Positions 1 to 8,787 of a stretch of 64,000 nt of DNA are shown here, in pieces; positions within the stretch are counted from its first letter, which is position 1, and every line of letters begins with the position of its first letter. The DNA lies in contig CAVYRF010000001.1 in the NCBI GenBank assembly GCA_963770895.1, forward strand, positions 192,001-256,000, given 5' to 3'. A program made the translations under genes and the position numbers. The notes below the pieces were generated by a model. The model saw only the letters and a list, made by a program, of their open reading frames with translations, had not been told where the DNA came from and searched no databases. The DNA comes from an uncultured Acidobacteriota bacterium. GTDB taxonomy: Bacteria > Acidobacteriota > Thermoanaerobaculia > Multivoradales > UBA5704.

Positions 1-754
1 GGGCGTCATGGCTCTGACCTGCGCCGCGGTCGGCGACGTCACCGCCTGGTGCCTGCTCGCCTTCGTCGTCAGCGTCGTCAACACCCGGTCGGGGTCGGCG
101 CTGATGACGGTGGTGCTGACCGTCGCCTACGCCGGCCTGCTGCTGGCGATCCGGCCGCTGGCCGGCAAGCTCCTGCGCGCCCGCGACCGCCACGGCCTGA
201 CCCCAGGTGTGCTGACCGTCACCTTTGTCGCCCTGCTGGCGTCAGCCCTGATCACCGAAGCCATCGGCGTGCACGCCATCTTCGGCGCCTTCGTCCTGGG
301 CGTCATCGTGCCCCACGACTCCAACATCGCCCGCCAGCTCACCGACAAGCTCCAGCCCATGGTGCTCCTGCTGCTGCCGGCCTTCTTCGCCGCCACCGGC
401 CTGCGCACCCAGCTGGGCCTGGTCCACGGCGCCGCCGGCTGGCTCATCTGCATCGCCATCATCCTGGTCGCCTCGCTGGGCAAGTTCGGCGGCTGCGCCC
501 TGGCCGGCCGCCTCACCGGTCTCACCTGGCGCGACTCCACCTCCCTGGGCATCCTGATGAACACCCGCGGCCTGGTCGAGCTGATCGTCCTCAACATCGG
601 CCTGGACCTGCGCGTCCTGTCCCCCGCCCTCTTCACCATGCTGGTCCTCATGGCCGTCGCCACCACCCTGGCCACCACCCCCTGCCTGGCCTGGCTCCAG
701 CGCGGCATCTGGCGCCAGGTCGCCACGGGCGGCACCCACGCCGACGCCGCCTGA
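1..754 (+). CDS. Cation:proton antiporter (CPA2/Kef-type), 5' part outside window
   Basis: Multi-TM protein with the GD..AW, FGAF..G and G.LMNTRGLVELI.LNIG motifs of CPA2 antiporters; ORF runs off the left edge. Confidence 0.9.
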   Translation, partial: GVMALTCAAVGDVTAWCLLAFVVSVVNTRSGSALMTVVLTVAYAGLLLAIRPLAGKLLRARDRHGLTPGVLTVTFVALLASALITEAIGVHAIFGAFVLGVIVPHDSNIARQLTDKLQPMVLLLLPAFFAATGLRTQLGLVHGAAGWLICIAIILVASLGKFGGCALAGRLTGLTWRDSTSLGILMNTRGLVELIVLNIGLDLRVLSPALFTMLVLMAVATTLATTPCLAWLQRGIWRQVATGGTHADAA

Positions 755-787
755 CCCGGCGCGGCGAATCTGAGGCGAAGGGGTCGG

Positions 788-1141
788 CTACCCACTTAGA
801 AAGTCGACGAAATGGCTGCCGGGATCGACACTCCGCTCAGCCCAGCGCTTGAGGGCATGGGCAATGCGCTCCGGGCGATGGTTCGGCACGCTGTAGGGCA
901 CGATCAACAGGCCATTGTGGAACTCTTCTGCACGGTACATGGTGTGCGTGAGGCGCAGGAAGTCGTCGCGATTTCGGGTGACAAAGATACGGCCTGCGCC
1001 GATAGCAAAACGGAGCTGTTCTTCGTCCACGAACCCCCGGCGGTCGATCTCGTGGACCGAAACGACGTCGAGGCCGAGGCCGCGTCCGATTTCCGCCACC
1101 CGCGGGTTCAGGTCCTCGTCGAGGAGGAATCGTAGGTTCAT
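788..1141 (-). CDS. DUF5615 family PIN-like protein (VapC45-type toxin)
   Basis: MNLRFLLDEDL...DEEQLRFA...GRIFVTRNRDDF matches the DUF5615/Mut7-C-like PIN pattern; start set at ATG 1141 (alternative 1147). Confidence 0.85.
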   Translation of the reverse strand: MNLRFLLDEDLNPRVAEIGRGLGLDVVSVHEIDRRGFVDEEQLRFAIGAGRIFVTRNRDDFLRLTHTMYRAEEFHNGLLIVPYSVPNHRPERIAHALKRWAERSVDPGSHFVDFLSG

Positions 1142-1703
1142 GAGCATCGAAATCCGCCGAACTTTTTGTGCCGGCCGCGCACCGACGGCGGCGGTCTGTG
1201 TGGGAGGGCTGCACTTCAGCGAAACGCCGAGGCAATGCTGCCCTGAGACTCGATCCGGGAATTGCGAATCGACCCCTGTCGCGGCGGGATGGTACGCGAT
1301 TTTCCCCGCAGAACCTGACCTGTACGGCCTCCCTGTTAGGGGAGAGCGTACCTCTCCGAACCAAGATCTTCGAATTGGCCGTGGAGTCACCCGCATGCCG
1401 TTCGAGGAGGCCGCCACCCACGCCGAGCAGCGGGCCGCCATGGCCGAGTTGCGCTACCTCGAAGGGTTCCCGGACTCGGTACGCCGGCTGGCCGGTGATC
1501 GCCCAGAAGGCTGCTCGTAGCAGATGGGGCGAGAAGACAACGCCCGAATCTTGATCAGCCGTAGAACCGGCCATCGTGAATATCTCTCTCGATTGGGCTA
1601 GGGAGAACGCGGCGAGCGCCGCGAGGGCTCCAATGTTTTGAGCTGGCCAGGTCCGCCCTAGTTGCGCCTGCGCTGCCCTTCACAGAAGGTAGATATTACC
1701 TCG

Positions 1704-1732
1704 TTGACGGCTCTGATTGGTGCGCCTATAAT
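1704..1732 (+). promoter_or_regulatory. sigma70 promoter TTGACG-N17-TATAAT
   Basis: -35 TTGACG at 1704-1709, 17-bp spacer, -10 TATAAT at 1727-1732; preceded by the inverted repeat AGGTA-N5-TACCT (1687-1701). Confidence 0.8.
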
Positions 1733-1776
1733 CTCCAGTGCTTGCGGTCGCATTTAGGTCGCACGGAGGTGCAGCC

Positions 1777-2379
1777 GTGACGGTGAAAGTCAAGATCCAC
1801 GGCCTTGAAGTCGCGGTCGATAACCTCGATGACCTGGACGAGTTGATTCGCCGCTACTCACCGGCCGCAGTGCAGGGGGATGCGGTTGAGGTGCGGCAGG
1901 ATGAGCCACTAGCCGCTCCGCTGGATGCCAAGCCCGCTGAGAAAGTTCGACCGTCCGACTTCCGAGGAGCGCGAGTTGCCAAAGGAGGAGTCAGGATACC
2001 TTCGGCCACGAAAAAAGAGGCAATGCTTAAGCTCTACAAGGGGCTCCGGGCGAGCACGCACCAGTCAATCATGCGGAGCTTGGCATCGAAGGGCGATAGA
2101 GGGGTTGACGTTGAAGAGGTTCGCCGTGACCTTAAACTGCACGACCGGTTCAAGATGAGCGGCTTCACCGCAGCGATCAGGCGCCGGGCTCCTGCATACG
2201 GGCTGACGGGTAATGAAGTCTTGGACGTGGAATTCAAGGGCGTGGTGGCCGGACAGCGAATCTACCTTTACAAGCTTGGTGTAGAGATGCTGGAAATGAT
2301 GCAAGAACAAGGACTTGTTCCCTCGCGCCACGTTGTAGGTTTGCATCCAAGCAAAATGACAGGGGAGGAGTGGCCATGA
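1777..2379 (+). CDS. Hypothetical protein, possible C-terminal winged-helix DNA-binding domain
   Basis: GGAGGT RBS then GTG at 1777, downstream of a near-consensus promoter; lower GC than flanks; basic helical C-terminal half. Fold assignment is inference. Confidence 0.7.
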   Translation: MTVKVKIHGLEVAVDNLDDLDELIRRYSPAAVQGDAVEVRQDEPLAAPLDAKPAEKVRPSDFRGARVAKGGVRIPSATKKEAMLKLYKGLRASTHQSIMRSLASKGDRGVDVEEVRRDLKLHDRFKMSGFTAAIRRRAPAYGLTGNEVLDVEFKGVVAGQRIYLYKLGVEMLEMMQEQGLVPSRHVVGLHPSKMTGEEWP

Positions 2380-2500
2380 GAAGACCAAGGTCCCTGGCAT
2401 ACCGTCCGAGTGATCCGGGGGAGTAAGTCCCCCACCCTCAATTACTTCCTGGCTAGGGCGGTTCTGAGGGTGGGGGGAGGACTGAACAACTGACGTACTT

Positions 2501-2545
2501 GCCTGGCTGCCTTTCGCGAGAAGACGGCCGGGCCTTTCTTTTGTT
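2501..2545 (+). terminator. Intrinsic terminator-like hairpin
   Basis: GCCTGGCTG...GCGA loop...CGGCCGGGC stem followed by CTTTCTTTTGTT. Confidence 0.55.
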
Positions 2546-3045
2546 GCACAAAGTCGCAAGCGTGTCAAGTGCGCACTGCATCTATTGAGATTGCCATCCC
2601 AGGCAAGGATAACATCTAGCATGGGCAAATGTGCTCAGCACCTTCAAGCGTCTCGCGATCGCGCCCCCTCGTCGAGCGTATGAGCGTGAGATCGACGGCC
2701 TGCATGGTAGGCGTGTCTTAGGACACCGTTGCGAAGCTCTCTCCGGAGCTTGGGAAGGTCTGCGCATCCAGCAAATGGACGAGACGCTGCGGGAGTTGCC
2801 CTGCAGCTCGTGGAGGTGGGCGAGATTTGGGGTTCTGCTACTCGAAGCAGAGGAACATACCGGTGGTCAGGGTCGGCCAGTGTGGCCTGTCCTCGCCGGC
2901 TGGCGAGATGCGGGGCCTTACCCGAAGGCAATTTCAATCTATGACAGTACCGACGGGATAGTGGCATTTGACGAGTTGCCTCCGGTCTGTCCATACTTGA
3001 AGCCGGCCGGCCTCGCTTGCGGGCGAAGGGAGGGCGCTGAGACCA

Positions 3046-3465
3046 ATGGCAACCCATGCAAAGGATTTGAGCATCTCTGATGCCTTGGACCGCGAGATTG
3101 CTCGCGAGTCAACCGACCGGTCTACCACTGGGTCCGCTCTGGCTACGGAGCTTCTCGAGGAGGGCCTGAGGATGCGCCGAACGCCTGGCGTAGTCTTCGC
3201 CGACGGTCCGGCTGGGCGGCGGGCCGTTGTGGCCGGAAGTGGCCTTGATGTCTGGGAGGTCGTCGCCAGCTGGTTGGGATCAGCCCGCGACTTTGCCCAG
3301 CTACGCCAGAACTACAACTGGTTGAGCGAGCCGCAACTCAGGGCCGCGCTGGCCTACTACGAGGCCTACCCCCAGGAGATCGACGCCCGTCTCGATCGCG
3401 AAGCACACTGGACTCCGGAGAAGGTTGCGAGCGACCTGCCCTTTGTCGCGCCTCGCAGAAGCTGA
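3046..3465 (+). CDS. DUF433 domain protein (VapB45-type antitoxin)
   Basis: PGVVFADGPAGRRAVVAGSGLDVWEVV...LSEPQLRAALAYYEAYPQEID is the DUF433 pattern, with an N-terminal RHH-like segment. Confidence 0.85.
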   Translation: MATHAKDLSISDALDREIARESTDRSTTGSALATELLEEGLRMRRTPGVVFADGPAGRRAVVAGSGLDVWEVVASWLGSARDFAQLRQNYNWLSEPQLRAALAYYEAYPQEIDARLDREAHWTPEKVASDLPFVAPRRS

Positions 3466-3580
3466 CGCTTCCCACCAACTTACCCTCGCGTTGCCCAGGC
3501 CTCGCGGGAACGTCAGATACTGCAGCTGCTGCATCTGGCACCGCAAGCACCGACTCTTCCCTAAACCGATTGTTCTTCCC

Positions 3581-4336
3581 CTAGGAAGTGCCGTGCGCAG
3601 GCCGGGCCCTGGCGATGGACTGCGCCTCCGGCGTGGGGAGGTCGGTGAGGCGCCAGAGGCCGAGGCTTTTGTCTTGGTAGGCGCCGGCGTTTTCGGGGCA
3701 GCGTTCGGCGAGGAGGGTGGCGGGAGGTGGGAGGTTGAAGGGGGGCAGGCGGAGGTTCAGGGGGCGCCATTCGCCGGTGACGACGTCGCGGTTGGCGGGC
3801 TGGGCGGGGAAGGTGGTGGTGAGCAGCCAGGTGGCGCCGCTGGCGCGGAAGTTGGCCAGGGTGGCGAAGATGTCCTGGTAGGAGAAGTGGACCAGGCAGT
3901 CGCGGCACAGGATGAGATCGGCGCGCGGCAGGGGGGCGCGGCGCTGGTCGAGATGGAGGAAGGTGCGGCCGGGGGCGGCGTGGTGGCGCTGGTTGGCGGC
4001 GACGACCGCCTTCACGATGTCGACGCCGTAGTAGGTGGCGACCGGGAGCGTCATTTCCTTGAGCCACCACAGGTCGCCGCAGGGCGCGTCCAGCAGCGAG
4101 GCACAGTGCAGGTCGGCGATCAGGCGCGGCAGGGTCTGGCGCAGCTCGGCGGTGGCGGCCAGGCTGGAGCCGGGGCCGGAGCCCGACTCGTCGCCGCGCC
4201 AGGCGTTGTCGCGGTAGATCGCGGTGAACACGCGCTCGGCGCCGCGCCAGCGCAGCGGCAGCGTGGTCAGGAAGTGCAGGCACCTGCCGGCCAGCGACCG
4301 CACCGGAGGGGGCAGGGCGGCGCGCACCCGGCGCAT
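3581..4336 (-). CDS. Class I SAM-dependent methyltransferase
   Basis: F..IY..N.W...ES.SG.GS, LLDAPCGD and Y.GVDIV motifs; GGGAG RBS before ATG 4336. Confidence 0.85.
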   Translation of the reverse strand: MRRVRAALPPPVRSLAGRCLHFLTTLPLRWRGAERVFTAIYRDNAWRGDESGSGPGSSLAATAELRQTLPRLIADLHCASLLDAPCGDLWWLKEMTLPVATYYGVDIVKAVVAANQRHHAAPGRTFLHLDQRRAPLPRADLILCRDCLVHFSYQDIFATLANFRASGATWLLTTTFPAQPANRDVVTGEWRPLNLRLPPFNLPPPATLLAERCPENAGAYQDKSLGLWRLTDLPTPEAQSIARARPAHGTS

Positions 4337-4407
4337 CACTCCCGCGGCTCCGGCGCCGATGCCGGCGGCGCCGGCGGCCCTTGCTGCGGGGTTGCCGGGA
4401 TCGCCGG

Positions 4408-5556
4408 CTAGCGGTGGAGGCCGAAGGTCTGGACCCATAGGACTCGATAGGTTGCGGTGTGGGGGTCGCGGCCCAGGGCCAGGCCGATGCCGGTCTCATC
4501 GAAGGTGGTGTTGAGGATGTTGGCGCGGTGCTCGGGGCTGGCCATCCAGGCGTCCGCGACCTGGGGGACGGTGGTCTGGCCTTCGGCGATGTTTTCGCCG
4601 ATCGTCTGCCATTCGAAGCCGGCGGCGCGGGAGCGTTCGCGCACGCTTTTGCCTTCGGGGCTGACGTGGGCGAAGTAGGAGCGGGCCAGCATGTCCTGGG
4701 CGTGAAACTGCGCCGCCTCTTCCAGCTTGGCGTTTTCGGCCAGCGGCGGCAGCTTGGCGCGCCGGCGCTCGGCGTTGATGCGCACCAGCAGCTCGCGGCG
4801 CACCAGCTCGACGTTGCGCAGGCTGGCGGTCGAGGCGGTGAAGACGGCGGCTCGCGGCGTGGCGCAGAGTACCGAGTAGATGGGGGTGTCGCCCAGGTAG
4901 CCGGCGCCGACGCCGATCTCGGTGTAGACCGGTTCGAGCAGCCGGCGGTAGCCGCCGGCGGCGGGGTCGTCGTGCCAGGCGGCGATCAGCTCGGCGGCGT
5001 TTTCGGGGCCGGTGACCAGGCTTTCATCCCACTGCTGGGCTTCGTAGCCGGCGGCGGCCAGGCGGCGCGCCATGGCGTCCTGCGGTTCGTGCTCGGCCTT
5101 GAGCGATCCTGCGGCCACGACGGCATCGACGCGCTGCTGGGCGGCGCGATCGAGCGCCGCGGAGCGCGCCAGGGGCGGCGCGCCGCCGGCGTGGCGCTCG
5201 GCGTTGAGCCGCTGCACCAGCTCGTGGCGCAGGGCTTCGCGCTGGCGCTCGCCGTCAGCGGCCAGGGCGGCCAGGGTGGCGCGATGGGAGGCGTCGTGGG
5301 CGGTGTCGCCGGCGGCCGATCCGGAAGCGGCGCCGCCGCTTGAGGGCGCGGCGGCGGTCGCGGCAGCGGAGCCCGCCGCGGGTGTGGCGGGCTTGGCGGC
5401 GGCGGCGAGCACGGTCAGGACGGCAGCGGTTGCCAGGGCGCGGGTGCCGCCTTTGCAGACGTGTGGCCTGGCGGGCGGTTGGGCGGCGGCGGGCGGGCGG
5501 GCCGCGGTGGCCGGGCGTGCCGATGGGGCCGATGCTGGGCTGGATGGCCGGATCAT
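4408..5556 (-). CDS. Secreted CAP/SCP domain protein with two CAP domains
   Basis: Two N.ER..G.PPL repeats; AQFHAQDM..RSYFAH, GENIA, WM.SP.HRANIL motifs; start uncertain. Confidence 0.85.
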   Translation of the reverse strand: MIRPSSPASAPSARPATAARPPAAAQPPARPHVCKGGTRALATAAVLTVLAAAAKPATPAAGSAAATAAAPSSGGAASGSAAGDTAHDASHRATLAALAADGERQREALRHELVQRLNAERHAGGAPPLARSAALDRAAQQRVDAVVAAGSLKAEHEPQDAMARRLAAAGYEAQQWDESLVTGPENAAELIAAWHDDPAAGGYRRLLEPVYTEIGVGAGYLGDTPIYSVLCATPRAAVFTASTASLRNVELVRRELLVRINAERRRAKLPPLAENAKLEEAAQFHAQDMLARSYFAHVSPEGKSVRERSRAAGFEWQTIGENIAEGQTTVPQVADAWMASPEHRANILNTTFDETGIGLALGRDPHTATYRVLWVQTFGLHR

Positions 5557-5628
5557 GGCTCGTGGTTTGAGCAATGGGTGTGCCCGGACCGCGGAACCTG
5601 GGCAGCGCAACTGGTACGATACATCGCC

Positions 5629-6957
5629 TTGATCGCACCCAGCCCCGCGCCTGCGCGCTTGAGCCTGCACCAGCGGCCGGTTGCCGCGCATCTGCGCATC
5701 CTTGCCCTTGCCTGGGGCGCCTGGGCTACCGGCTTCTGCTCGCTCAGCCTGGTGTCGTTCGTGCTGCAGCCTTTACAGGACGCTTTCGGCCTTTCGGAGG
5801 ACGGGCTGGCGCGCCTCACCGCGGTGGGCGTCGGCGCCAGCGGCGTGGGCGGGTTGCTGTTCGGCTGGATGAGCGATCGCCTGGGGCGGCGCACGTCGAT
5901 TGCCGTGGCGGTGGCGGCCTTCGGGCTGGGCAACCTGGTGTGCGCCCTGGCGCCGGGGGCGGGCTGGCTGATTGCCGGGCGGGCGCTGACCGGCCTGGGG
6001 GTGGGGGGGAGCTGGGGGGCGGGGCAGGCGATGATGAGCGAGACGTTCCCGCCGGCGCTGCGCGGGCGCTACGGCGCCATCGCCCAGACCGGCGCGCCGG
6101 TGGGCCTGGGGCTGGCGGCGGTGGCCGGCTCGTTTCTGGCGCCGGCGATCGGTTGGCGGCTGGTGTTCCTGGCCTCGGCGCTGCCGCTGCTGGCGCTGCC
6201 GCTGCTGCGGCGGGTGCCCGAATCCGATCTCTGGCTGGAGCACCGGCGGTCGCTCTTGCGGCAGTCCGCCGCGGCGCGCACGGCGTTGGGCGGGGGAGCT
6301 GGGGGGGATCTGGGCGCTGCGGTCGGCGGGCCGGTCGGCGGGCGGCGGCCGATCCTGGCGCAGCTGGTGGCGGGCGACCTGGCCGGGCGCTTTGCCGGGG
6401 CGTTCGTGCTGACCACGCTCAACATGTCTGCCTACTGGTTCGCGATCGTCTGGCTGCCGCGCTACCTGCAGAAGCAGCGCGGGCTGTCGATCTTCGGCTC
6501 GGGGTGGTGGACGCTGATCTTCGTCGCCGGGTCGCTGGCCGGCTACCTGACGTTTGGCTGGGCCTCGGACGTGCTGGGCCGGCGGCGCGCCTTTGCCTTG
6601 TACAGCGCCATCACCGCGCTGGGCCTGGCGATGGTGACGCTGTTCTGGGAGGCGCTGGCCGGCCATCCGGCGGCGGGCATCGCGTGCATGGCGGTGGCGG
6701 GATTCGGCACCGGCACGTGGTCGTGCTACGGGCCTTTCTTTTCCGAGCTGTTCCCGACGCGCGTGCGCGGCGCGGCGATGTCGGTGATCATGAACGTCAG
6801 CCGCGGCGTGCAGTTTGCCGCGCCCCTGGCCATCGCCGCGGTGGCCGGCCGCTGGGGGCTGGCCGGCGGCGTGGCGCTGGCGGCCGGCTTCGCGGTGCTC
6901 TCGGGCCTGTGGGTGTGGACGCTGCCCGAAACCGCCGGGGCGGCGCTGGAGGCGTGA
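5629..6957 (+). CDS. MFS transporter
   Basis: G..SDRLGRR motif A in both halves, ETFP..LRG and ELFPT.VRG, 12-TM pattern; TTG start uncertain. Confidence 0.88.
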   Translation: MIAPSPAPARLSLHQRPVAAHLRILALAWGAWATGFCSLSLVSFVLQPLQDAFGLSEDGLARLTAVGVGASGVGGLLFGWMSDRLGRRTSIAVAVAAFGLGNLVCALAPGAGWLIAGRALTGLGVGGSWGAGQAMMSETFPPALRGRYGAIAQTGAPVGLGLAAVAGSFLAPAIGWRLVFLASALPLLALPLLRRVPESDLWLEHRRSLLRQSAAARTALGGGAGGDLGAAVGGPVGGRRPILAQLVAGDLAGRFAGAFVLTTLNMSAYWFAIVWLPRYLQKQRGLSIFGSGWWTLIFVAGSLAGYLTFGWASDVLGRRRAFALYSAITALGLAMVTLFWEALAGHPAAGIACMAVAGFGTGTWSCYGPFFSELFPTRVRGAAMSVIMNVSRGVQFAAPLAIAAVAGRWGLAGGVALAAGFAVLSGLWVWTLPETAGAALEA

Positions 6958-7022
6958 TCGGTGGTGGCGCGACGGACGGGCGCCGGGGATCGGCAGGGAC
7001 GGATGGGAAGGAGAAAGGTTCG

Positions 7023-8420
7023 ATGAGCATGCCGACAATGCCAGGGGCCGTGTTGCCGGAATCCCGTCCGGGGCTGCTGCGCGCGGTGTCGCGCTGGCAG
7101 ATCGTGGGGCTGGTGCTCAACGACGTCATCGGCAGCGGCGTGTACCTGCTGCCGGCGGGCGCGGCGGCGCTGCTCGGCGGCGCGAGCGTCGGCGCCGTGG
7201 TGCTGGCGGGGGCGGCGGTGCTGCTGGTGGTGCTGTGCTTTGCCGAGGCGGCCACTCACTTTGACGAGCCGGGCAGCGCCTACCTGTATGCCCGCGCCGC
7301 GTTCGGCGGCCTGGTGGGCTTCGAGGTGGGCTGGATGTCGTGGCTGGCGCGGGTGGCGTCGGTGGCATCGCTGGCGGTGGCGTTCGCCCAGGCGCTCGGC
7401 TACCTGTGGCCGGCGGCGCGCGGCGGCTGGGAGCGGCAGTCGGCGATCGTGGTGCCGGTGCTGGCGCTGACGTTGCTCAACGTGATCGGCATCCGTTCGG
7501 GGGTGCGCACGGCGGTGCTCCTGACCATCGCCAAGGTGGTGCCGCTGGTGGTCTTCGTCACCGCCGGCACGGTGGCGGTGCTGCGCGCCCAGGGCGGCGG
7601 GCCGCTGGCGGCGGCGCTGCCGGAGGCGGCGCGGGCGATCGCCGGCGGCGCCGGCGCCGCGGCGGGGGGGCCTGGCTGGCACCGTCTGGGCGCCGCGGCG
7701 CTGCTGCTGCTGTACGCCTATGCCGGGTTCGAAAACACCGCGGCGGCGGCGGGGGAGTTCAAGAACCCGCGGCGCGACGTGCCGTTCGCCCTGCTCACCC
7801 AGATCGGCATCGTGACGCTGCTGTACGCCTGGGTGCAGTGGGTGGCGCTCAAGACGCTGCCCGGCCTGGCGACGTCGGCGACGCCGCTGGCGGACGCGGC
7901 GCGCCTGTTTCTGGGCGGCTGGGGCGGCTGGCTGCTGACGATCGGCGGCACCCTTTCCATCCTGGGCACCAACGGCAACACCGTGCTGGCCGGGCCGCGC
8001 TACCTGTTCGCCCTGGCGCGCGGCGGCTTCGGGCCGCGCTGGCTGGGGGTTGTGCATCCGCGGTTTCGCACTCCCGCGGCGGCGGTGGTGACGCAGACCG
8101 TGATCGCGCTTCCCCTGGCGCTTTCGGGCAGCTTCGTCGGCCTGGCGGCGCTGTCGGTCGTGGCGCGCCTGGGCTCCTACCTGGGCACCGCCGCCGCGGT
8201 GCCGATGCTGCGCCGCAAGCTGCCCGCCCGCCCCGGCGCCTTCCGCCTGCCCGGCGGTCCGGCGATCCCGATCGCCGCGGCGCTGCTCTGCATCGTCTTT
8301 GCCGCCAGCGCCACCCCCGGCGACCTGCTGGCCGGGGCCGTCGCCCTGGTGGTCGGCGTCGGGATCTACGCCCTGCGCCGGCCGCCGATGCCCCCCGACA
8401 CCGCGGCCGGCGCGGATTGA
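7023..8420 (+). CDS. APC family amino acid permease
   Basis: IGSGVY, GSAYLY..AFG, YAYAGFE, GEFKNP.R motifs; AAGGAG RBS. Confidence 0.9.
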   Translation: MSMPTMPGAVLPESRPGLLRAVSRWQIVGLVLNDVIGSGVYLLPAGAAALLGGASVGAVVLAGAAVLLVVLCFAEAATHFDEPGSAYLYARAAFGGLVGFEVGWMSWLARVASVASLAVAFAQALGYLWPAARGGWERQSAIVVPVLALTLLNVIGIRSGVRTAVLLTIAKVVPLVVFVTAGTVAVLRAQGGGPLAAALPEAARAIAGGAGAAAGGPGWHRLGAAALLLLYAYAGFENTAAAAGEFKNPRRDVPFALLTQIGIVTLLYAWVQWVALKTLPGLATSATPLADAARLFLGGWGGWLLTIGGTLSILGTNGNTVLAGPRYLFALARGGFGPRWLGVVHPRFRTPAAAVVTQTVIALPLALSGSFVGLAALSVVARLGSYLGTAAAVPMLRRKLPARPGAFRLPGGPAIPIAAALLCIVFAASATPGDLLAGAVALVVGVGIYALRRPPMPPDTAAGAD

Positions 8421-8433
8421 GCCGACTGAGCTG

Positions 8434-8592
8434 CTAGCCGCCGGGGCAGGCGTCGCAGATGGACACCACGTGGCAGGTGAGCCGCGTGTTGCTCGGCAGG
8501 ACAGAGCCGCCTTGCACGCCGTCCATGCGGTCGAGCTGCGCCAGCGATTCGCGGTTGAGGGTGAGCTTGCGGCCTTGCAGCTGCTTTTTCAT
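8434..8592 (-). CDS. Lanthipeptide-like RiPP precursor (52 aa, double-glycine leader), not in the ORF track
   Basis: My translation: MKKQLQGRKLTLNRESLAQLDRMDGVQGG|SVLPSNTRLTCHVVSICDACPGG; GGAGG RBS 7 nt upstream; LxLxRx5L leader motif; Ser/Thr/Cys-rich core. Confidence 0.8.
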   Translation of the reverse strand: MKKQLQGRKLTLNRESLAQLDRMDGVQGGSVLPSNTRLTCHVVSICDACPGG

Positions 8593-8688
8593 GAGCGTTC
8601 CTCCGTTGCCTGGATTGGCACCTTACCCATTGCAGTGCCAAGCGGCGTCACGTTCGCGCCATCTTCTTGATTGCTCATTCCAGAGACA

Positions 8689-8756
8689 TGGTGACGCCAG
8701 TGCGCGCCGGGACTGACTCTGGTGACCTGGTGACGCCAGTTCGCGCCGGGACCGAC
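8689..8756. repeat. Imperfect 29-bp direct repeat, 2 copies, period 39
   Basis: TGGTGACGCCAGT(G/T)CGCGCCGGGAC(T/C)GAC at 8689-8717 and 8728-8756. Confidence 0.75.
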
Positions 8757-8787
8757 CGGCACCGCGAGCTGGCGCCACCGGGCGGAA

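Noticed and set aside
1385-1555. Coding-like fragment including IAQKAARSRWG (resembles the KKAA.ARW motif of small mobile-element proteins)
   Set aside because: Short, split across frames, no start or RBS; cannot be supported as a gene.
2560-2582. GTGTCAAGTGCGCACTGC resembling an IS terminal repeat
   Set aside because: No matching second end and no transposase found.
2631-3080. 149-aa ORF upstream of DUF433
   Set aside because: No recognisable motif or RBS, overlaps the DUF433 start; possibly decayed sequence.
8689-8756. CRISPR-like repeat
   Set aside because: Only two copies with a 10-bp spacer and no cas genes.
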